A stretch of 64,000 bases of DNA, taken from NCBI GenBank assembly GCA_950097015.1, contig CATNEN010000041.1, forward strand, positions 620,001-684,000, in the 5' to 3' direction. Below, one piece after another: positions 55,424-64,000 of this stretch; position 1 is the first letter of the stretch, and each line of letters opens with the position of its first letter. The notes beneath the pieces are model-generated. The model saw nothing but the letters and a program-made list of their open reading frames with translations. It had not been told where the DNA came from and did no database searches. This DNA comes from Macrostomum hystrix. Taxonomy: Eukaryota > Animalia > Platyhelminthes. The position numbers were made by a program, and so were the translations under genes.

Positions 55424-58400
55424 ATGCAGCGGCCCAAATCGCTGCAGCTGACTCTGCCCTCCGCCACCACCGCCACCGCCTCGGCAGCCTCACCAGGAAT
55501 TGAGGCCATGGAGGAGAACGAGCCCGTGACCTCGCCAGTCAAAGCGGACGGCAACGGCGGCTCTAATGGCGGCGAACACGGAAGAACACCGACTAACGAC
55601 ATCACCAACATTGCCGCGGCATTCCCTGCGTCAGAGACTCCAGCGTCCACTCAGCCGACGACACAACCCCAGCTGACCGCGCCATTGCTACTCCTGCCGC
55701 CCCCGCCACCTCCACTGCAGTCGCCTTCATCGCAGTCTCGCAGGCCAGCAAGACCCTCCTCTCTGCTGCTCGTCACTCCCGCGGGCCAGTGGGCACCTCC
55801 AACGCAGCAGCCATCGTCAACTTCGGTGACAGCTGCTGTCGCTTCGCCCTCCACAGCGGCCTCGGCGACAAGTCGACCTCCGCAGAGTCGCCGACCAACT
55901 TCGCTCTGCCTGCCATCCCGTTTGACCCTGGCCGCTGACTCTTGTGGCCCGCAGGCCCAGCCGGCAGCCACTCCTGTGACACCGACGCCGACATTGCCCA
56001 GTCCGTCGCCGCTGGGACTCCGTCGGCCCTCGCCGTTCCCCGACTTGCCGCCAGCCGTCAAGCGGCTCCGACCGAGCAGCAGCGGGGGCAGCAGCGGGCT
56101 GGCCTTTGGCGCATTTCCACCAGCAGCGAATTTTCATTCGCCAGCCGTGGCTGCCACGCCCAGCTCCGAGCTGCCGCCTTCTCCCTTTCCACCACCGACG
56201 CCGAGCAGCACCCTGACGCTGTCGTCATCGTCCTCACCATCGATTGAACACGCAGCTATGGCGGCCGTTGCTTCCGCCAACTCTGAAACCGCAGCGGCAG
56301 CTGTTGAAGATGCCGAGATGGCTTCGCCTACGGCCTCTACTGCATCCTCCTCCGTGAGCGCGACCTTCCAGCTGGGTTTCAACAAGCCCTACTGGGTGCC
56401 GGATCGCGATGCTCCGCTCTGCATGCAATGCGGCGTCCGCTTCACCATAATGCGCCGGCGCCACCACTGTCGCGCCTGCGGCCGCGTCCTCTGCTCCGGC
56501 TGCGCCTGCCATTCTGCTCGCCTTGCCTTCCTGGGAGGCGCCAAGGCCCGGGTCTGCGCAGCCTGCAATCAACAGCTGACGCTGCCTCCACCGCCGCCAC
56601 CGCCACCACTTCCACCTTCACTGCCTCAACCTCAACCACAACGTCTGCCAGGTGGTTTGAAGCTGACATCCACGCAGCAGCAACAGCAGCTGCAGACAGC
56701 CCCACAGCCCCCTCGTTCTGTTGTCTTCTCTGACGGCGTTCGACCCGGCAGCGACTTTCCCGCTCCCGACGCTTCACCTTCCAAGTCGACGGACTCAGCA
56801 GGCCTGGAGTTGAGCCTCGCGCCGCTGGATGGCAGCGAGTTGCCGCCGCTCTGCCGCGGACTGTCGACAGAAGTCGCCATCAATGACGAAGCCGCAGCTG
56901 CTGCTTTGTCCTCAGGCCGCACGCTGATGTATCAGGTGTGCCGGAGCGTCCGGGTCTCTGCCCGCCTGCTTCAGTCGCTGCCCTGTTGCACCGTGGCCGG
57001 CACCTCCTGGTGGATGCTTCTCAGCCGTGGCCTCTTCACCAGTCGGCCAGTCCGAAGTTTTCCTGCTGCTCCAGCGGGCGACCGGTGAGTCGCTGCCGCC
57101 GGCGCACGCCTTCGCCCTGGTGTACTCCGTGTACGAGCGGGCCTACTCTGGCGGCTGGCTGCGCCACCTGGACTACCTGCCCGCGCCGCGGCGCCTCGGA
57201 CCGTTGCTAGGAGACCGCAGCCACGCCGGTCTGCTGCTATTTCGGCCGAGTCGCCTCCACTGCACGCTGCACCTGGGACTGCCAGCCGCGGCTGCGCAGC
57301 CACCTTTGTGCGGACTGCTGGTGCTCAGGTGAGCGTTACTTTGAGTCTGTGACAGCCCTGTTGAGTCTGTACTCAGGGCTGTTCCGGGTCAGGGTTGAAT
57401 TGATGGAGTAATTTATAAGTTATGTTTATTCCAAGATGCAAACTTATTTTCCTGGAAAAGTCTTCGGGTCTAAAGAAAATTCTCACAAGTTTAGCTTCAA
57501 TGGCATGCACTCTGGCGGGAAAACACGGATGGGTCGTCACCCCGGGACTGCCGCATCTTTAGGGCCATAAAGCATGCTTTATTGCCTTATTGCCTGATAC
57601 GGCATTGATTTTTTTCAACCTGCTACGTGAAAACTGCGAACTTGGGCAAGCCAGGCCGAGGGGACCGCCGGAAGCAGCTAGGCCCAGCAGCACGCGAGGA
57701 GATCGGGTGTCACCAGACTGGAACCCCCTCGCCCAGCGCCAGTATCTGCCGACTGTCGACCTGCGTGTCCCAGCCTCCACGCGCCATAAAGCCGAGCACC
57801 AGTCTCGTGTTTCTACGCACTGGCTCGCAAATTCACCCCTCAGGTCGCGACCCCCTCTGGCCGGCCTGAGGTCGCGAATCGAGGTCAGGCCCGCACCGCT
57901 GCAGCCCACCCCACTCACCCTCAAATGCAGCTGCGTCGCCTTCCCCCCCGGGGCTGCTGCCGTTTTTTATGCGATGACTCAGCGCCCTGCTTAGTGGCGA
58001 GTTGGACTGCGCCACCTCCTGGCAATGTTTGTATATTTACATTGATTGCCTTGGCCGCATTAGAAACTGCTGCTGCTGCTGCTGCTGGTTTGCATCAGTT
58101 TCCTCACTTACGCAGTTGTCAAGATGCCGTGTCTCGGGCAGGGCAGGCGCTGATAGAAATGATAACAAACTTGCAACCTGCGTGTTTATGCATCCTCGTC
58201 TCCTTATCTCATTCGGAGACCTTTCAGCCTGAATGCAGGGGAGAGATTACAAAAAGCAGCGGCATTCGGTGCGCAGTCAGTGCCTCGAATTTTATGCCTG
58301 TGCACAATCGAATCCCCTGATCCCGCAGGTGGGAGGCGCCGTGGGCCGAGCTGTTCCCCATGCGGCTGCTGCTGAGGCTGGGCTGCGAGCTGCGCGTGTA

Positions 58401-61400
58401 CCCCTGCCCGCTGACCTCCATCCGACAGCGGGCGCCGGTGTTCGTGGAGCTCGGCCGCTCACTGGCGGGCCTCTTGGTGGACACCAAGAACTTCTCCCAC
58501 GGCCTGCCGTGCCCCGCCGGCCTCAGCGTCCGCCTGCGCACCGGCTGCACCACCGTGCGCTGCCCCGCCGACGCCTACGACTCCGTGCAGAAGGCGCTGG
58601 CGGCGGCCACTGCGGATGCGGCTGGCAGCGCTGCCGGTGGCGGCTGGGTGCTGGCCTTCGGTGCTAGTTTCTGCCCGGCTGCCGATGCGCACTTGGTCTG
58701 CCATCAGAACCTGGAGACTGGTGAGTCCTTGGGATGCCTGTTGTGAGCACCTGGAGACTGGTGAGTCCTTGGGATGTCTGTTGTGAGCACCTGGAGACTG
58801 GTGAGTCCTTGGGGTGTCTGTTGTGAGCACCTGGAGACTGGTGAGTCCTTGGGATGTCTGTTGTGAGCACCTGGAGACTGGTGAGTCCTTGGGGTGTCTG
58901 TTGTGAGCACCTGGAGACTGGTGAGTCCTCGGGATGCCTGTTTTGAGCACCTGAAGACTAGTGAGTCCTTGGGGTGTCTGTTGTGAGCACCTGGAGACTG
59001 GTGAGTCCTTGGGATGTCTGTTGTGAGCACCTGGAGACTGGTGAGTCCTCGGGATGCCTGTTGTGAGCACCTGGAGACTGGTGAGTCCTCGGGATGCCTG
59101 TTTTGAGCACCTGAAGACTAGTGAGTCCTTGGGGTGTCTGTTGTGAGAACCTGGAGACTGGTGAGTCCTCGGGATGTCTGTTGTGAGAACCTCACCAAGG
59201 ACTGGTGAGTCCTTGGGATGTCTATTGTGAGAACCTGGAGACTGGTGAGTTCTTGAAGCTATTCCACGATAATCTCACAGTGAATTCCTCATGTAGTGAG
59301 AGCACAGTTAAGTGGGGTTAACCGAAATGTCGATGGCATGATTTTCCAGATGAGCTCAGCTGAGCAGTCTGTGCCGCAGCTGCTCCAGAGGGGTGTGACG
59401 GAAAATCGAAAGGAAATCGGCCTCATTAGGGCGGGCAGCCCATCGCGGGAGGCTGAGTTCAGCTCATGCGACTCGCCAACTAATGGGCAACCGGGGGGTT
59501 AAGCTCCCCTGAGTTGCACAGCGCAATCAATAAAGCCAATGTTTAGAGACTGGCTGTCGAGTAAAAACCAACAGAATAATCCTGTTAATAGCACCTGACT
59601 CATCAGTGCTGCCAACTCTCTGATAATAATCTGCTCAGGCCTTGTCTCGGGCCTGGCTATTATCTTCTTCTTTCCAAGGAGCATGGATGCGGGAGAATGA
59701 GTCATCCAGCTGCTCCCCGGCATGCGGCAACTTCCTCGCCCTTCTCTCCCACCAAGCGAGTGTAATATTTTTTCATTTTCTCTGCTCTCACCAACGGAGC
59801 AGCGCGCAGGCAGGAAGTGTGACTTGCTGTGGGGTAGCGGGCACATGCGGTGCCTGGCTTGCAACTTACCGCACACATGCTGAATCATGTCTCTGAACTC
59901 TCTCTGTGCCCCTTCAGTGTGTGTGTGATAATCTAACAGCTTCTTCTAGTGAGTCACGATACAATTCTGCACCAAATTGTTAGATCATGAATGCAATCTC
60001 TAGGCTAATACAAACCCGATCTAAACATTTTCCGAAACCATACACAAACTGAACTGAAAGCTTAACATGCACTCTGTACTTATAGTGGTACATAGACAGT
60101 CGCCTCACCTCAGTGAGCACACCTGCATTCTGTACTCATTCTGGTACACAGCTGCCTCACCTCAGTGAGCACACCTGCACTCTGTACTCATTCTGGTACA
60201 CAGCTGCCTCACCTCAGTGAGCACACCTGCATTCTGTACTCATTCTGGTACACAGCTGCCTCACCTCAGTGAGCACACCTGCACTCTGTACTCATTCTGG
60301 TACACAGCTGCCTCACCTCAGTGAGCACACCTGCACTCTGTACTCATTCTGGTACACAGCTGCCTCACCCACTCCTACCACAGGCGAGTACGGCACTCGA
60401 GCAATCAGCATCGAGGGTCGCCAGTTGTCGGTCACTGCCGCTTCCTTCATAGTTTTCAACGGCGGCGGCGGAGCCTTCGGCCATAATCGAGCAAGCATCG
60501 TTGAGGACGGTGTGCTGGTGCAGCTCACAGACGACCAGATGGCCCGGCTGAGGGATTCGCTCAGGTGAGTCCGGGGTGACCCATGGGGTAGGGTGTGTGT
60601 TGACCTTTAAAACGAACCAATAAGATTGGTTGGTGACCTTGATAATGAGCTTATAAGATTGGTTTGTGACCTTGATAACGAACAAATAAGATTGGTTGGT
60701 GACCTTGATAATGAGCTTATAAGATTGGTTTGTGACCTTGATAACGAACCAATAAGATTGGTTGGTGACCTTGATAATGAGCTAATAAGATTGGTTTGTG
60801 ACCTTGATAACGAACAAATAAGATTGGTTGGTGACCTTGATAATGAGCTTATAAGATTGGTTTGTGACCTTGATAACGAACAAATAAGATTGGTTTGTGA
60901 CCTTGATAATGAGCTTATAAGATTGGTTTGTGACCTTGATAACGAACAAATAAGATTGGTTGGTGACCTTGATAATGAGCTAATAAGATTGGTTTGTGAC
61001 CTTGATAACGAACAAATAAGATTGGTTGGTGACCTTGATAATGAGCTTATAAGATTGGTTTGTGACCTTGATAACGAACCAATAAGATTGGTTGGTGACC
61101 TTGATAATGAGCTAATAAGATTGGTTTGTGACCTTGATAACGAACAAATAAGATTGGTTGGTGACCTTGATAATGAGCTAATAAGATTGGTTTGTGACCT
61201 TGATAACGAACCAATAAGATTGGTTGGTGACCTTGATAATGAGCTAATAAGATTGGTTTGTGACCTTGATAACGAACAAATAAGATTGGTTTGTGACCTT
61301 GATAATGAGCTAATAAGATTGGTTTGTGACCTTGATAACGAACAAATAAGATTGGTTGGTGACCTTGATAACGAACCAATAAGATTGGTTGGCCATTGAT

Positions 61401-63489
61401 AATGAGCTAATAAGATTGGTTTGTGACCTTGATAACGAACAAATAAGATTGGTTGGTGACCTTGATAATGAGCTTATAAGATTGGTTTGTGACCTTGATA
61501 ACGAACCAATAAGATTGGTTGGTGACCTTGATAATGAGCTAATAAGATTGGTTTGTGACCTTGATAACGAACAAATAAGATTGGTTTGTGACCTTGATAA
61601 TGAGCTAATAAGATTGGTTTGTGACCTTGATAACGAACAAATAAGATTGGTTGGTGACCTTGATAATGAGCTAATAAGATTGGTTTGTGACCTTGATAAT
61701 GAGCTAATAAGATTGGTTTGTGACCTTGATAACGAACCAATAAGATTGGTTGGTGACCTTGATAATGAGCTAATAAGATTGGTTTGTGACCTTGATAATG
61801 AGCTAATAAGATTGGTTTGTGACCTTGATAACGAACCAATAAGATTGGTTGGTGACCTTGATAATGAGCTAATAAGATTGGTTTGTGACCTTGATAACGA
61901 ACCAATAAGATTGGTTGGCCATTGATAATGAGCTAATAAGATTTGTTTGTGACCTTGATAATGAGCTAATAAGATTGGTTTGTGACCTTGATAATGAGCT
62001 AATAAGATTGGTTTGTGACCTTGATAACGAACAAATAAGATTGGTTGGTGACCTTGATAATGAGCTAATAAGATTGGTTTGTGACCTTGATAATGAGCTA
62101 ATAAGATTGGTTTGTGACCTTGATAACGAACCAATAAGATTGGTTGGTGACCTTGATAATGAGCTAATAAGATTGGTTTGTGACCTTGATAACGAACCAA
62201 TAAGATTGGTTGGCCATTGATAATGAGCTAATAAGATTTGTTTGTGACCTTGATAACGAACCAATAAGATTGGTTTGTGACCTTGATTACGAACCAATAA
62301 GATTGGTTGGCCATTGATAATGAGCCAAGAAAATTAGATGGAGATCATGATAATTAGCAAGTACCAAGCTACACAAACGCACACGCACGCAAAGTTCTAA
62401 TGAAAACCAGCTATTTTTGTGCTTTGCTTCCAAGCTGATGGCGCTTGTTATCGAAAGCCTCTTAACAGTTGATGGCTCCTAGAAGACATTTTGGTTTTAG
62501 CTGTGTTCCAAGCCAGGGCAGCAGTCGGGTTCATCTAAGGACACACAGGGTACTAGTTTGTGCAGCCGTACCATGTCTGCAGCCCTGATTACAAGCAAAT
62601 GCACATATAGGTCGCTAGCTTTGCTACAAATAGCAAATATGGTATGCAATCAACGTCAGTAAAGAAATTAATAGACATTGTGCAGTGGGTCGGAAGAGAC
62701 CCACCGCAAGAGACTTTCACGCCCCATGTGCTGCAATTATGCCTCAAAAACGACTCAGGCTAAAAAAATAACCAAAAAAAATTTCATACGTCTTCGGGCT
62801 CGTTCGACATCGACTCACGCGCCCTCGAACCCAAACAACCAATCAGGTCGATGCGGCCCTGGTCTGCCGTCTGCTCGGCTGCCGACTCAGCCGGTGACCT
62901 GGTGGAATTCGTCTGGATTTCACGTCAGGACGCCGAGGAGCAGAAGGCGGCAACTGTGGCGGTGGCGGCGGCTGCGACGGAGGCCGGCGAGTTCGGCAAC
63001 GCCGACTGGTGGGTGAGCCTCGTTGACGGCCAGTCTCTGACGGGCTGTCGAACAGTCCAGCTGACCCCAGCCGGCCAGCGCCTGGTTCGCTGCACGCGGC
63101 TGCACTGCCTGCGCGAAGGTGACCTGTCCGATGGCAGCCCGGCCGACTGCCTGCGGTGGGCGAACCGTCTGTCTGGCGCAGTCGCCCTCGCCGTTGGCCA
63201 AGATGTCGAAGCCAACATGGGGGATGCCGACTATCCGGAAGATGAGGCCGAGGAGGACTCTGCCGATGGCTGCAGTCGCTGGTGCCCGCGGCAGTTCGCC
63301 ATCCGCGTGCGTGCCGGAATCGCCAACGTCGCTGCTGCCTGGTCTGGGAGTCGCCGACTGCCGCCGGGCCTTCAACGGTCGCTGGAGCCGAACCTGCGAC
63401 CGTTGCTGAACGAACTGGACCGGCAGCTAGCCACGGAGCTGGCGCTGGAGCTGGTGTTCGCCCGGCTGCCGACTCCGCAGCGGCAGTAG
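55424..63489 (+). CDS. ZFYVE9: SARA/endofin (ZFYVE9/ZFYVE16) family FYVE protein, 4 coding exons, about 1039 aa, with an apparent +1 frameshift at about 57035
   Basis: Exons 55424-57328, 58329-58720, 60384-60564, 62847-63489. FYVE domain (WVPD..APLCMQC...RRRHHCRACGRVLC...RVCAAC), PP1-type RSVVF motif, and the SARA C-terminal domain (VGQSEVFLLL, WEAPWAELFPMRLLLRLG, ADAHLVCHQN, RASIVEDGVLVQ). ZFYVE9 and ZFYVE16 cannot be separated by eye. Confidence 0.85.
58707..59250. repeat. 40-bp array spanning a splice donor (ACCTGGAGACTG/GTGAGTCCTTGGGATGCCTGTTGTGAGC), about 13 copies
   Basis: Starts in the last 12 nt of FYVE gene exon 2. Confidence 0.95.
60105..60368. repeat. 52-bp intronic array, about 5 copies, just upstream of the acceptor at 60383
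   Basis: Unit CACCTCAGTGAGCACACCTGCACTCTGTACTCATTCTGGTACACAGCTGCCT. Confidence 0.95.
60612..62325. repeat. 33-bp intronic minisatellite (ATAAGATTGGTT[T/G]GTGACCTTGATAA[C/T]GA...), about 52 copies
   Basis: Last FYVE gene intron; alternating unit types. Confidence 0.97.
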
Positions 63490-64000
63490 CTGCGGTTGCA
63501 GCCAGGAAGGAAAGAACTTAGCTGTTAGAACTTAGAACTTTTGCACGGCGTGCTACTGAAAGTAGGCGCAGAGTACATGCAGGCCATCGATTCTCAAGGC
63601 GTGTTAATGAACCAACAATCGGCATTTTCGAAGACCTATAGTTGTACGCTGACGTCAAATAACTAACACTACTCATATGCAGCAGCTGTCAGCAGAACTT
63701 ACTTAGATTTGCTCACCTGCCTACTCAGAGTAGCATTCGTTGAGTTTCACAACAGATTTTTTTCTGGTCTCTGCAACTCGCAATTTCCTTGCTTGCCCCG
63801 CTTAAACTAAACTAACTGCTCCGTTGTGATCATTTTATCTTAGCAAAAACTCTAGATTTTTTGTCCCACTGGTTTTTGGTTTTTGCCCCTCTCGCTGTTC
63901 GATTTCTCCCTGAGGGCCTCCGCTTTCAATCTGTGATGCAAATTCACCTATTTAAGTCTGTAATAAATGTGTACGTTTTCTTTGCTGCGGATTTTTCCGC

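Noticed and set aside
55424-57088. The 554-aa ORF as a complete stand-alone FYVE gene
   Set aside because: The SARA C-terminal domain continues in another frame from about 57036 and through three more exons.
60626-62297. Long ORFs of IRLV(C/G)DLDNE repeats as an LRR-like or repeat protein
   Set aside because: They come from a 33-bp unit (a multiple of 3) inside an intron. Read-through from the exon stops at 60566-60568 and no splice sites connect them.

Overview
Eukaryotic (animal) genomic DNA with spliceosomal GT-AG introns. No prokaryotic features, rRNA, tRNA or CRISPR arrays were seen. I could assemble seven protein-coding genes by hand with phase-consistent splice sites: an EFCAB6-like multi-EF-hand gene (-, 2572-9614), two tandem MAP9-like coiled-coil genes (+, 11651-14558 and about 16831-17781), an RPGR orthologue ending in a CaaX box (+, 18520-24757), a ~15-repeat ankyrin gene (+, 34099-37955), condensin I subunit NCAPD2 (-, 38985-48927) and a SARA/endofin-family FYVE gene (+, 55424-63489). 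Family names come from motifs I recall, not from a database search. About a third of the window (roughly 21-22 kb, my estimate) is some 33 tandem arrays with 2-52 bp units, and almost every array has its own unit. Most lie in introns that collapse to about 45-150 nt when the array is reduced to one copy. The most unusual signal is that at least six arrays span a splice junction, so one intron carries 5-27 copies of its own donor or acceptor. Two genes (ankyrin, FYVE) each carry an apparent +1 frameshift. GC-rich Ala/Gln-rich exons, very short basal introns and minisatellite-filled introns suggest a flatworm such as Macrostomum; this is an inference only.
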